Counted from the first letter of the stretch, positions 1 to 8,236 are shown. The stretch: 20,012 nt of DNA from an uncultured virus (IMG/VR IMGVR_UViG_3300032321_001470) (IMGVR_UViG_3300032321_001470); one strand, 5' to 3'. Numbers and translations: made by a program. The notes: a model not told the origin generated them from the letters alone.

Positions 1-243
1 TATGCGGACAACGAATACACCGCAGTTGGAAAGGGTCTTGGAAGGTTAACCTACATCGCAGACGATATCGTCAAGCACGAATGGATTGGGACAAACGAGT
101 TTCGGGACCCACTCCTGGAGAGAAATGAGCAGGAGTGGATGTACACGTATGACCGAATGGTGTTTGAGGCAAGGGGTAACAAGGGCTTCCCAATCGATGG
201 AGGTGGGGCTTGGAAATCACACAAGAGCGACCCTCAACCCTAA
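1..243 (+). CDS. C-terminal part of a probable glycosyltransferase (GT2-like), 5' truncated by window
   Basis: Frame 1 is open from 1 to TAA 241-243: YADNEYTAVGKGLGRLTYIADDIVKHEW...DPLLERNE...VFEARGNKGFP. It resembles the C-terminus of phage GT2-type proteins (recognition from memory). Confidence 0.45.
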   Translation, partial: YADNEYTAVGKGLGRLTYIADDIVKHEWIGTNEFRDPLLERNEQEWMYTYDRMVFEARGNKGFPIDGGGAWKSHKSDPQP

Positions 244-728
244 AGCCTCACCCAGACAATCCTCGCTCTGGGGACGTTGGGGCAATAGTCGATTCGATTA
301 AGAAAAACGGCTGGCACGGCGTGGTGGTCTGCCAAAAGTCCACTCGAAGAATCCTGGTAGGAAACCATCGCGTTAGGGCTGCGTTGATTCTTGACCTCAA
401 AGAGATTCCGGTGCAGTGGGCTGACGTTGACGATCAGCGCGCACGAGCCATCCTTCTTGCGGATAACCGCGCCTCTGACCTTGGCGGGTACGACGACGAA
501 ATCCTTGCGCGAGTCGTGTATGAGTCTGCGGTTGACGGGCTTCTTGACTCAACAGGCTACGACCTAGAGGATATGGATCGGTTAGTGCGGCAGGCGATGG
601 AGCCAGCGCCAATGGACCTAGATGAGAAGAAGACCGAGTGCCCAATGTGCGGGCACAGGTTTTACGCTATCGCCTCTGGCGGCAGGCGGTCCAGGCGACC
701 TTCCCATCCTGGCGGGTCAAAGTCCTGA
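210..728 (+). CDS. ParB/sulfiredoxin N-terminal domain protein with C-terminal CxxC zinc ribbon
   Basis: LKPHPDNPR...IVDSIKKNGW...ILVGNHRVRAA...LADNR motifs and C-terminal CPMCGHRF. GGAGGT RBS before a TTG start. Confidence 0.85.
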   Translation: MEITQERPSTLKPHPDNPRSGDVGAIVDSIKKNGWHGVVVCQKSTRRILVGNHRVRAALILDLKEIPVQWADVDDQRARAILLADNRASDLGGYDDEILARVVYESAVDGLLDSTGYDLEDMDRLVRQAMEPAPMDLDEKKTECPMCGHRFYAIASGGRRSRRPSHPGGSKS

Positions 729-892
729 GGGACGCCAATCCAGTTCACGCTCACTGACCGACCCGTAGCAATCGAGAGCACCGCGTCAAGAGCTTCCTCT
801 GGGGTAAGTGCCAAATGAATCTGACCGTCGGCGTCGACCCTCCACGAGTCAACGTTTCCCCGGAGCATGGTAATCGTCGCAACGATCTTCAA
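662..892 (-). CDS. hypothetical protein
   Basis: 76-aa ORF whose TTG start overlaps the thioredoxin stop (TTGA coupling). Its 3' end overlaps the ParB 3' end. Confidence 0.45.
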   Translation of the reverse strand: MKIVATITMLRGNVDSWRVDADGQIHLALTPEEALDAVLSIATGRSVSVNWIGVPQDFDPPGWEGRLDRLPPEAIA

Positions 893-1191
893 CGATCGAC
901 CTTCTTGATCATATCGTCTGCTCGCACGAGGCCAGTAGCAGACGTGGGTGACCCGCCATTGTGGATAAACAGCAGCGTCGGGACCGACTTGATGTGATAT
1001 TCTTGTACAAGATTAGGATGGTTGTCCACATTGATCTTAATGATCTTGATGTCTGGTCGTTTCTGATTGACCTTTTCAAGCTCGGCGTTAATTGCCTTGC
1101 ACGGGTTGCACCAAGGCGCCCAAAAGTCTACAATGGCACTACTGGTCCCAACGGCTTCTTGGAGGGTCGTTGACTCAAGGTTGGTAATCAT
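889..1191 (-). CDS. trxA: thioredoxin
   Basis: VDFWAPWCNPCK active site, KINVD and SVPTLL cis-Pro motif. Start at MITNLES with an AGGAG RBS. Confidence 0.9.
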   Translation of the reverse strand: MITNLESTTLQEAVGTSSAIVDFWAPWCNPCKAINAELEKVNQKRPDIKIIKINVDNHPNLVQEYHIKSVPTLLFIHNGGSPTSATGLVRADDMIKKVDR

Positions 1192-1307
1192 GGGGGGCTC
1201 CTGTCTACAGTGGTTATGAGCAGCATTATGACAGATTGCGGCGGAATATGCACCACTGCTATGCTCTGCCACCACCCCATGTCGGTGCGTAGTATGGAGC
1301 GTGTCCT

Positions 1308-1709
1308 ATGAAGATTGATAAGTTTAAGGCGGTTGAAGAGTGGGTCGCTTCGGCTGCAATCGTCTTCGGTATCTCGCACTGGGAGATCGCAATCTCTAAA
1401 GACTTCGCTGACCCAGATGCCGATGCTGACATCGAAGTATCACCTCAGCGCAGCTACGCCGAGATGCGCTTGCAAAAAGATTTCTTCTCTTATGACCCAG
1501 AGAAGCAGCGTGTGACACTCTGCCACGAACTCGGACACATCGTCAACGCCGGAACGGATCGTGTCGTAGAGAACCTGGAGGAGACGTTGGGGAAGATTGG
1601 CTGGGCTACCTTCGAGCCAAACTATCTTGACGCTACTGAGCGCTCCACCGACCACTGGGCTCGTATCGTATCGCCACTGCTACCACTTCCCCAGTTCCCC
1701 AAGAGTTAA
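1308..1709 (+). CDS. zincin-like HExxH metallopeptidase-domain protein
   Basis: TLCHELGHI motif; GGAG RBS upstream. Confidence 0.65.
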   Translation: MKIDKFKAVEEWVASAAIVFGISHWEIAISKDFADPDADADIEVSPQRSYAEMRLQKDFFSYDPEKQRVTLCHELGHIVNAGTDRVVENLEETLGKIGWATFEPNYLDATERSTDHWARIVSPLLPLPQFPKS

Positions 1710-1712
1710 CTC

Positions 1713-2189
1713 GTGTCGTTCTCGGACCTCCCGTTCCTCCTCTCCTTTGGCGACGGTGTCGAATACGAACGCCTTGAGGATTGGGATGTGGTTGTCGCCA
1801 CTCTTAGCAGCGCCTGTACCGCCTATGACATTCCGCTCGCAGAGTTAGTGCTGCACTGCCATGGGGACGGGTACCCGCAGGCAGACCACCCGATTGGGGA
1901 GACGACATTCTCCGAGCGATCGATCCAGCTCTGCCGACCCGACATCCTGGTTGCGCTGCATGAGTTATCCCATGTGTGGCTTCAAGAGGCACACTCAAAG
2001 GATTGGGCTATGGGCTTCTTTGCGCTCATAAAGCAATACACACCAGACTTATTTGACACCGAGGTGTGGACTGTGGCAAACTCATACCCACAAGCGATGG
2101 TCGCTGTGCGGGAGATGGTGCACGACGGTATCATCCCTGAGAATAGAAAGTTCGGTTGGAATAGCGGATATTTCCCAGCAGACACGTGA
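1713..2189 (+). CDS. HExxH metalloprotein (SprT/WLM-like motif)
   Basis: VALHELSHVWLQEAHSKDW (HExxH plus a third His). Starts 3 nt after the previous stop. Confidence 0.6.
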   Translation: MSFSDLPFLLSFGDGVEYERLEDWDVVVATLSSACTAYDIPLAELVLHCHGDGYPQADHPIGETTFSERSIQLCRPDILVALHELSHVWLQEAHSKDWAMGFFALIKQYTPDLFDTEVWTVANSYPQAMVAVREMVHDGIIPENRKFGWNSGYFPADT

Positions 2190-2306
2190 GGGATCGAAGC
2201 CCGTAGGGGCAAGACTTGCGACAGCAAGGCTTGACCGTGAGGCGAGAGCCCGACCCGAGCCTGCGAGGGGCACGCCCACATGGGCACCTAAGGAGAGGAG
2301 AAACAC

Positions 2307-2522
2307 ATGGGACGCAAACGAGTAGCAGTTTCAAACGACGAGCAAGGCACCTACCGAGTAGGGAAGCAGTTGATCGGCACTGGTCGTCCATGGACACTAG
2401 AGGAGATCGCAGCAGAGTTCCGTATCTCCCGTGAACGTGTGCGGCAGATTGAACAGCGAGCACTCAAGAAACTCAAGCACCCAGCACGTGCGTGGCTCAT
2501 CCGCGATTTCCTTGGTGAGTGA
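2307..2522 (+). CDS. stand-alone sigma70 region 4 (HTH) protein
   Basis: RPWTLEEIAAEFRISRERVRQIEQRALKKLKHP matches RpoD region 4.2. Strong RBS AAGGAGAGGAG; 71 aa with no region 2. Confidence 0.85.
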   Translation: MGRKRVAVSNDEQGTYRVGKQLIGTGRPWTLEEIAAEFRISRERVRQIEQRALKKLKHPARAWLIRDFLGE

Positions 2523-2523
2523 G

Positions 2524-2883
2524 ATGCAGGGATTGATTGACAACGCACAGGAAGCCCATCTTGCCGAGACCGTCTCCCTTGAGCGTGCATGGCAGTTATG
2601 GAACGAGGGGGTCTTCTCCTATGTCACCGTCATCTCTATCGCGAAGCACAACGATTGCGAGTGCGGCGGCAATCGCGATGGATTGATCTGCATGAACAGC
2701 GATCATATGGATCTTCGGGTTGCAATGATCAAAGGGCTCAAAGGCACCATCGATACCCTACGTGTGGGGGATTTATACGGGATGCCAACGAACGAGGAGA
2801 TCTTGGGGTCGTTCCGTGGTTTGAGCACGGAGGATCGTGGTGATGGGGTTGCGGATGGTGAAAAAGGTGATACTATTGCGTGA
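2524..2883 (+). CDS. hypothetical protein
   Basis: ORF directly after the sigma4 gene. Start uncertain (GTG 2515 or ATG 2524); contains HNDCECGG. Confidence 0.55.
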   Translation: MQGLIDNAQEAHLAETVSLERAWQLWNEGVFSYVTVISIAKHNDCECGGNRDGLICMNSDHMDLRVAMIKGLKGTIDTLRVGDLYGMPTNEEILGSFRGLSTEDRGDGVADGEKGDTIA

Positions 2884-2996
2884 GGTTGGGTGGCGGTGAA
2901 ATACCTGGGCCACCCCCCGGTCGAAAGCCTCCTGAAAAGGTTCAGGCTCACTCATTAGGTTTTCGCTCGAAGCACGTAGGTATTCCGGGAGCTAAG

Positions 2997-3194
2997 ATGG
3001 CGAAATCAGAGCAAAAGATAGGGATGTGCAACTACTGCCAGGAACTAGGCCCTATCTACGAGCAGGAAGATGACAACAGGGTTATTTTTCTCATCTGTAA
3101 GCGCTGCATCACGGATGTCATTAAGCGGTTAGAGATTGATCAAAAACTAAAAAGGTTGCGCGCCCGTAAGGAATGGGATCGGTACGACACCTAG
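2997..3194 (+). CDS. small CxxC...CxxC zinc-finger protein
   Basis: CNYC and CKRC. GGGAG RBS before ATG 2997, although the ORF is open from 2880. Confidence 0.55.
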   Translation: MAKSEQKIGMCNYCQELGPIYEQEDDNRVIFLICKRCITDVIKRLEIDQKLKRLRARKEWDRYDT

Positions 3195-3269
3195 GGGGTG
3201 TAGCTCAGTGGTTAGAGCAGTGAGCTTATATCTCACCGGCCCTTGGTTCAATTCCAAGCACCCCCACCA
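3194..3269 (+). tRNA. tRNA-Ile, anticodon UAU
   Basis: Acceptor stem GGGGGTG/CACCCCC, D arm GCTC/GAGC, anticodon stem GTGAG/CTCAC with loop CT-TAT-AT (3227-3229), T arm CTTGG-TTCAATT-CCAAG, discriminator A and encoded CCA; 76 nt. Confidence 0.93.
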
Positions 3270-3287
3270 GTTATTCAGGAGGCCCAT

Positions 3288-3458
3288 ATGCCCACCTACG
3301 ACTACCAGTGCAAGAAATGCGAGGCAGTTATTGAGCTCCTCCATAAGGCGGACGAACCACCAGAGTTAGTCCATGAGGACTGCGGGGGTGAGTTAGTGCG
3401 CTGCATAAATAGTATCCAGGTTGTATACCGCGGAGAGGGCTGGGCCCGCCGGGGCTAG
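3288..3458 (+). CDS. FmdB family zinc-ribbon regulatory protein
   Basis: MPTYDYQCKKC...HEDCGGELVR...VVYRGEGW; AGGAGG RBS. Confidence 0.85.
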   Translation: MPTYDYQCKKCEAVIELLHKADEPPELVHEDCGGELVRCINSIQVVYRGEGWARRG

Positions 3459-3544
3459 GTTATTGTCCGGGCTGGCGGGATCGAACAGAAGTTATTGCAC
3501 GGGCTGGCGGGATAGAACCTAGGGCTGGGGTCTTGAGTTAGAAC
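3459..3544 (+). repeat. 28-bp direct repeat x2 plus a partial third copy, each ending in T(A/C)GAAC
   Basis: GTTATTGTCCGGGCTGGCGGGATCGAAC (3459-3486), GTTATTGCACGGGCTGGCGGGATAGAAC (3491-3518) and ...GGGCTGGGGTCTTGAGTTAGAAC (to 3544). Confidence 0.8.
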
Positions 3545-3580
3545 AACCGCACACCCAGATTTGCGCCACGCTGAGCAACG

Positions 3581-3616
3581 AAAACCCCCAACCTGGTGTC
3601 CCAGGAGGGGGTTTGT
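3581..3616. terminator. probable bidirectional intrinsic terminator between converging gene blocks
   Basis: AAAACCCCC-AACCTGG-TGTC-CCAGG-AGGGGGTTT stem-loop. A second hairpin TAGCCCC...GGGGCTA lies at about 3632-3651. Confidence 0.55.
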
Positions 3617-3654
3617 CGTTTCCAGGGCTCCTAGCCCCCTAATCGGGGCTATTA

Positions 3655-3828
3655 TTATTCAGAATCGGGAACGTAGCCTCGCTTCTCCAATCCTGCGAAA
3701 CACTCCTCGCACAAGAAGGCACCCGGCTCGCGCTTCGTTGCGGGGATGATGGTGAAGTACGGCTTGCCGTGATGGTAGTCCTCGCAGTCGTAGCAGAGGA
3801 ACCGCTCCGTCTTCTCTTCTGCGATCAC
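3655..3828 (-). CDS. small zinc-finger protein (57 aa, below ORF-track cutoff)
   Basis: MIAEEKTERFLCYDCEDYHH...FLCEECFAGLEKRGYVPDSE; the GTG start overlaps the upstream TGA. Confidence 0.65.
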   Translation of the reverse strand: MIAEEKTERFLCYDCEDYHHGKPYFTIIPATKREPGAFLCEECFAGLEKRGYVPDSE

Positions 3829-3902
3829 CGCTTCGAACCGATCAGGGCAAAGCCCATCAGGAAGAAAACGATTAACAATTGGAGCTGGATGGTTTCAATC
3901 AC
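3825..3902 (-). CDS. 25-aa putative membrane peptide
   Basis: MIETIQLQLLIVFFLMGFALIGSKR; GTGA overlaps at both ends; AGGAGG RBS at the end of the upstream gene. Confidence 0.55.
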   Translation of the reverse strand: MIETIQLQLLIVFFLMGFALIGSKR

Positions 3903-4120
3903 TTGAGTACCTCCTTAATTGCGTCAGAGATCAGGTGTCGGGCTTTCGCCACGGTCATCTCTGCGTCGATGTCGTAGTCCACAATCACTTCAGAACAGTC
4001 AAGGCACTCCAACGCAAGGTTGCGAATGTCGCTGATGTCAAAGAGTAACTGATCATTCTTGACGAGGTCGGGGCCGTATACCCCAACCTCGATCTCGTGT
4101 CCCTTGTGTTCACTTGCCAT
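3899..4120 (-). CDS. hypothetical protein (CxxC)
   Basis: MASEHKGHEIEV...LECLDCSEV; AGGAGG RBS. Confidence 0.7.
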   Translation of the reverse strand: MASEHKGHEIEVGVYGPDLVKNDQLLFDISDIRNLALECLDCSEVIVDYDIDAEMTVAKARHLISDAIKEVLK

Positions 4121-4130
4121 TGGGCCCCTC

Positions 4131-4391
4131 CTACTTGAACAGGACGACTCGGCTTGCCACGTCGCAGAACGCCACATGGTCGTAGTCGAGGATCTTATCC
4201 GCAATCTCATCGGCGGTCAACTTGGCTACCGCTTCGTAGTCCGCCTCCGTACCGCCACACTCCTCAGCGAGCCACTCCCGACCCGCCTCTGTCGCCTCGT
4301 CCTTGTCGTCGGTCATGAGATAGAAGTTATCCCCATCCGCAAGGATGATGACCGTCTGGTAGACCACAAACTCGTTTCCTTCGTATCCCAT
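4131..4391 (-). CDS. acidic hypothetical protein
   Basis: 86 aa; TAATG coupling and GGAGG RBS. Confidence 0.7.
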   Translation of the reverse strand: MGYEGNEFVVYQTVIILADGDNFYLMTDDKDEATEAGREWLAEECGGTEADYEAVAKLTADEIADKILDYDHVAFCDVASRVVLFK

Positions 4392-4693
4392 TATTCCTCC
4401 ACCAAGTCATACTGCTCAGCATCGATGTCGAGCACGCGCTCTAACTTATAAGTTTCAATATCACCCACAAACTCGTTGATGGTCTTCCCGCAGTCATAGC
4501 ACTCAATCGAGGTGACGTAGGAACCGCCATCCCCAAGTGAGTAATCATTGGCGATGCCGATCTGCACGCCACCCATCCCGCTTGGTGTGCCTGTGACCTC
4601 AAAAGACATCGACACGCTGCCGAGGAAGTAGACCCCTCGTCGCTTCTCCCCTTCTGGGGCATCGGACAGGGGGCACGTCTTATGAACTAACAT
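4391..4693 (-). CDS. hypothetical protein (HxxC...CxxC)
   Basis: Start MLVHKTC with AGGAGGAGG RBS; TAATG coupling. Confidence 0.7.
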   Translation of the reverse strand: MLVHKTCPLSDAPEGEKRRGVYFLGSVSMSFEVTGTPSGMGGVQIGIANDYSLGDGGSYVTSIECYDCGKTINEFVGDIETYKLERVLDIDAEQYDLVEE

Positions 4694-5091
4694 TACTCCT
4701 CCTCCTTCTTGTACCCATAGCGGGCGCATGGCTCACAACCATCGCACTCTTCATTGCTCAGCATGACCGCCGCTGCATGGAAGATCTCCTCGCAGGTGAA
4801 GTCGTGCTCACAGGAGAGTACCTGATGGATGTCTTGGTTGTCAACAACGCGCTCAAGGAACGCGTCCTTCTCCTCCTTTTCCATCTGGATCACATCCCAG
4901 CCGTAGCAGATGACTGCCGCGGGGAACTTCTCATAGATCCCGTCGAATGCTGTGTGGTAATAGGCAATCTCAAGACCTTGGCTGTTCCTCTCAAAGAGGA
5001 TCTCCCGCTCGCCGTTGCCGTCCTTCGTCCAGATCGACAGGTTTTCGTTTGCCGTGATGCTCTCGTCGTGAAGAATGTGCCACATACTCAT
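4693..5091 (-). CDS. hypothetical protein
   Basis: Start MSMWHIL with GGAGGT RBS and ATGA overlap; C-terminal CDGCEPC. Confidence 0.7.
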   Translation of the reverse strand: MSMWHILHDESITANENLSIWTKDGNGEREILFERNSQGLEIAYYHTAFDGIYEKFPAAVICYGWDVIQMEKEEKDAFLERVVDNQDIHQVLSCEHDFTCEEIFHAAAVMLSNEECDGCEPCARYGYKKEEE

Positions 5092-5330
5092 ACCTCCGTA
5101 TTGATTTCCCATGCCTCACCCTCGGTGCCGTCCTCATTGATTTCGGCTACCGACACCGCGATGGTGTTGCCTTCGAGGAAATCCCAGTTGCCAAGCCCCT
5201 GCTCGGCTGCATCGTCCGCAACCGCGGTAAGCAACCGATCACCCTCTAAGCCAGCCAAGTCCTCTCCATCGTAAGAGAGATCAACTGAGAAGTCATCGAT
5301 CTTCTGAATGTACACTCTGAACCGCTTCAT
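5088..5330 (-). CDS. acidic hypothetical protein
   Basis: 80 aa; ATGA overlaps at both ends; AGGAGG RBS. Confidence 0.7.
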   Translation of the reverse strand: MKRFRVYIQKIDDFSVDLSYDGEDLAGLEGDRLLTAVADDAAEQGLGNWDFLEGNTIAVSVAEINEDGTEGEAWEINTEV

Positions 5331-5572
5331 ACAACAATCCTCCTAATCAGCCATAGCGTTATCGGCGTAAACACAATCGTCGCCGTGATGCCGCCAACAA
5401 CTCCAAATAAACCCTGACCGAATCCAACAGCCACAAAGAGCGGGATTACTGACATTTGTAGTTTCCCGAATCCATCAAGGCTGATCCACAGCCACAGCGC
5501 ACCAATCCCCAAGAGTGCGATGCTGATGGTGAGTCCGATCGCGTGTCGGGCGATTTCCCAAACGATCTCCAT
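5327..5572 (-). CDS. small membrane protein
   Basis: Two to three hydrophobic segments; AAAGGAG RBS. Confidence 0.7.
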   Translation of the reverse strand: MEIVWEIARHAIGLTISIALLGIGALWLWISLDGFGKLQMSVIPLFVAVGFGQGLFGVVGGITATIVFTPITLWLIRRIVV

Positions 5573-5594
5573 AGTGCTCCTTTCCTATGGGGGC

Positions 5595-5624
5595 ATTGTA
5601 AGGCAGGGGATAGCGGTTAGTCAA
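5595..5624 (-). promoter_or_regulatory. sigma70-type promoter of the leftward operon
   Basis: Minus strand TTGACT-N18-TACAAT. Confidence 0.75.
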
Positions 5625-5708
5625 GTTTGGGGTGGGGGTGGGGTGGCTTGACAAGACTTATTATTTGTGGCAGTCCCGAGCTCGCAAGCGAGGGCCGAAC
5701 CCTATTAT

Positions 5709-5738
5709 TTGACAGACGGTTATTGGCTGACTTATAAT
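5709..5738 (+). promoter_or_regulatory. sigma70-type promoter
   Basis: TTGACA-N18-TATAAT, preceded by a degenerate hairpin-CGAAC element (about 5667-5700) and followed by a TAGGC-AGTTA-GCCTA leader hairpin. Confidence 0.8.
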
Positions 5739-5777
5739 GCGGTTAGGCAGTTAGCCTATAGGTGTAAGGAGGAAGTT

Positions 5778-6092
5778 ATGGCTGTCGAAACGATTGAGCA
5801 GTTATTTGCGGAACAGAAGTCAGGCAAGTTAATCAACGAGCGCAGGGAGTTGAATCTTAGGCTCCGCGATGCGCACTACCTTCTAACAGAGATGGTTGAG
5901 CCGCTTCTCGGCGCGGTCATCACAGGCGGGGTAGTTATTGGAAACGGCGATGACGAGCCGTTTGTTCCAGTCTTGTTCGTTATTCAGAACGGCAAGAAGT
6001 ACAGCGTTATTATTCAGTCTGATGACGAGGGCAATGACGGCGGTCGCCTTATCTTTGATCGCGGCACGGCTCAGATGGTTCCAACTTTGTAA
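5778..6092 (+). CDS. hypothetical protein
   Basis: TAAGGAGG RBS before ATG 5778; contains IIQSDDEGNDGG. Confidence 0.75.
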   Translation: MAVETIEQLFAEQKSGKLINERRELNLRLRDAHYLLTEMVEPLLGAVITGGVVIGNGDDEPFVPVLFVIQNGKKYSVIIQSDDEGNDGGRLIFDRGTAQMVPTL

Positions 6093-6255
6093 TAAGGAGG
6101 AGATGTAGTTATTGTAATCTCCTTCAACCGCTAAAAAAATAATTAGTTCGCCCTCAACAAGCTCCGGCTTGTTGAGGTAGAACTTGACAGGCGGGTAAGT
6201 TCTGCCTTACAATCTGATGGTGCGGGGCTTCCCGCGAGGACACAAGGAGGACATA

Positions 6256-7065
6256 ATGCCAAACTGGTGCGTGAACCAAGTGGACATTGGCGGCGACGAG
6301 GCAGAGGTCGCAAAGTTGATTGAGTTCGTCAAGGGCGAAGAAGATGCCTTTGACTTCTCCAACATCGTGCCGACTCCCGACAGCCCACACTACGCAGTAA
6401 GCGAAGGTCAGAACGATTTCCTTTGCGGCTGTAAGCCAGAGTTCGTCATCACCAAAGAAATGGTGAAGGGAGCGGAAGGACACGAGTACGAGAAGGAACA
6501 CGGCTTTGAGCCGCAGGAAGGCTACTGGGCTGTGGACGGCGTTGCGCTCAGGAAAGTAAATCTTGATAACGGCACGATTGAGGATTCCGTTGCCCAGATG
6601 TTTGGCGGGTCAGAGGTCTGCCCAAAGCACGACCTCCCGAGGATTTCATCGCAGCCAGACTGGTGGTACAACTGGAATGTTGCCAACTGGGGAACCAAGT
6701 GGAACTGCGGAGAAGTGTGGCACGACCGCGCTGACGACGACAAGGTTGATGGAAGGACTTCATACAACTTTGAGACGGCGTGGTCGCCAGCCGAGCCTGT
6801 GGTCGCTGCGCTTGCCGCAAAGTTTCCAACGCTCTCTATTGTCCATCGCTATTGTGAAGGCGGTATGGGATTCGCGGGGCAGGTAATCTACAACAACGGC
6901 GAAGAGGTGCTGCGCGATGATTACAACGCGACAGAACTTCCCGATGATGCGTGGATTGCCGAGGAAGATGGCAGCCGCGGATACGAGCGCGACTACGAGA
7001 AGGTTCCAATGACGGCAATGGAATCTTTCTGCGACGAGCACTTCGGCGGTATTGTCGGAGGCTAA
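6256..7065 (+). CDS. DUF1281 / YubB ferredoxin-like domain protein
   Basis: MPNWCVNQV start, WYNWNVANWGTKWN, FETAWSP and YCEGGMGFAG motifs; AAGGAGG RBS. Confidence 0.85.
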   Translation: MPNWCVNQVDIGGDEAEVAKLIEFVKGEEDAFDFSNIVPTPDSPHYAVSEGQNDFLCGCKPEFVITKEMVKGAEGHEYEKEHGFEPQEGYWAVDGVALRKVNLDNGTIEDSVAQMFGGSEVCPKHDLPRISSQPDWWYNWNVANWGTKWNCGEVWHDRADDDKVDGRTSYNFETAWSPAEPVVAALAAKFPTLSIVHRYCEGGMGFAGQVIYNNGEEVLRDDYNATELPDDAWIAEEDGSRGYERDYEKVPMTAMESFCDEHFGGIVGG

Positions 7066-7109
7066 TGACTTCGGGGCGTAAGGAGTCCTCCCTGCGCCCC
7101 ATAAAGTAA

Positions 7110-7143
7110 TAAACCCCCTGATTACTCAGGGGGTTTATTATTA
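7110..7143 (+). terminator. intrinsic terminator
   Basis: TAAACCCCCTGA-TTAC-TCAGGGGGTTTA followed by TTATT. Confidence 0.75.
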
Positions 7144-7250
7144 TGTTCCACTCAAAGGGCTCCGGCCCTTTGAGGTAGAACTTGACGCGATCTTGTGCTT
7201 GTGGGAGAATCTTCTTACGGCAGTTGCCGTATGTAAAGAAGGAGGACGCA

Positions 7251-8213
7251 ATGGCACACGAAGTAGAAACGATGGCGTACAACAAGGAGCGAGGTATGCC
7301 GTGGCACGGACTTGGCGTAGCAACGAGCGGCTTGACCACAAGCGCAGAAATGATTGTTGCGGCTGGTCTTGACTGGCGCGTACAGCAGCAGCCAATCTTC
7401 ACCACGCTTGGCGAGAAGACAATCGCTATTGAGGGCAAGCGCGCAAATGTGCGCTCGACTGACGGCGCGGTTCTCGGCGTTGTCGGCGACCGCTACACGC
7501 CAATCCAGAACGATGAGATGATGTCGTTCGCTGACGCGCTACTCGACGAGGGCGCACGCTACGAAACCGCAGGTTCGCTCAAAGGCGGGCAAGTAATCTT
7601 CGCGGCGTTGGAGATTCCTGAAAAGATTTCCATCAAGGGCGACAACGGCGAAACCACAACTTACCTTGTGATTGCCAACGGGCACAACGGGCTGTTCCCG
7701 CTCAAAGCGATGATTACGCCTGTGCGCGTGGTCTGCCAGAACACGCTCAACGCGGCTCTTGGCTCTACCAAGATGTCGTTCACTCTCCGCCACACGGCGA
7801 AGATTGAGGAGAAAGTCGCAGAAGCGAAACGCGCCCTCGGGTTGGCTTCCGCCGCTGTTGATGAGTTCTCGCGCATCGGCTCGCAGATGGTCGTTCAGAA
7901 GATTGAGCGTTCGGAAGCGTTCCGCATCATCTCAAAGATCTTCCCGCTGTCGGAGTCGGAGAAGCGCGACAAGGAAGTAATGTCGGAGCGCGCAAAGGCA
8001 ACCTTCGCGATTCTGAATAACGCGCAGAATCTTGACGGGCTTCGCGATACGAAGTGGGGTGTCTACAACGCCATCGCGGAGTATCTCGACCACGGCGTTT
8101 CCTATCGTGGCGGCGTTCGCTCAACGGCTCTTGATGCGCGAGCGTCAAGCGTGATGTTGGATACGGGCTTCGCGGCGAAGACAAAGCGCGAGGCGATTCT
8201 CGCCCTCGCGTAA
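7251..8213 (+). CDS. DUF932 (phage/plasmid-like, TIGR03299-type) protein
   Basis: MAHEVETMAY...PWHGLG, YTPIQN, YETAGSLKGG, TPVRVVCQNTL, RHT and TKWGVYNAIAEYLDH; AAGGAGG RBS. Confidence 0.9.
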   Translation: MAHEVETMAYNKERGMPWHGLGVATSGLTTSAEMIVAAGLDWRVQQQPIFTTLGEKTIAIEGKRANVRSTDGAVLGVVGDRYTPIQNDEMMSFADALLDEGARYETAGSLKGGQVIFAALEIPEKISIKGDNGETTTYLVIANGHNGLFPLKAMITPVRVVCQNTLNAALGSTKMSFTLRHTAKIEEKVAEAKRALGLASAAVDEFSRIGSQMVVQKIERSEAFRIISKIFPLSESEKRDKEVMSERAKATFAILNNAQNLDGLRDTKWGVYNAIAEYLDHGVSYRGGVRSTALDARASSVMLDTGFAAKTKREAILALA

Positions 8214-8236
8214 TCTTCACCAGAAGATAAAGCAAG

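Noticed and set aside
3194..3544. Prophage or island attachment site at the tRNA
   Set aside because: No duplicate of the tRNA 3' end and no integrase in the window; the genes on both sides look phage-like.
4059..5274. Plus-strand ORFs 4059-4451 and 4777-5274, and similar antisense ORFs elsewhere (e.g. 6836-7438, 9318-9767, 13266-13712, 17962-18420)
   Set aside because: They are shadow frames opposite well-supported genes that have RBS and coupling, have no RBS of their own, and several run across the repeat modules.
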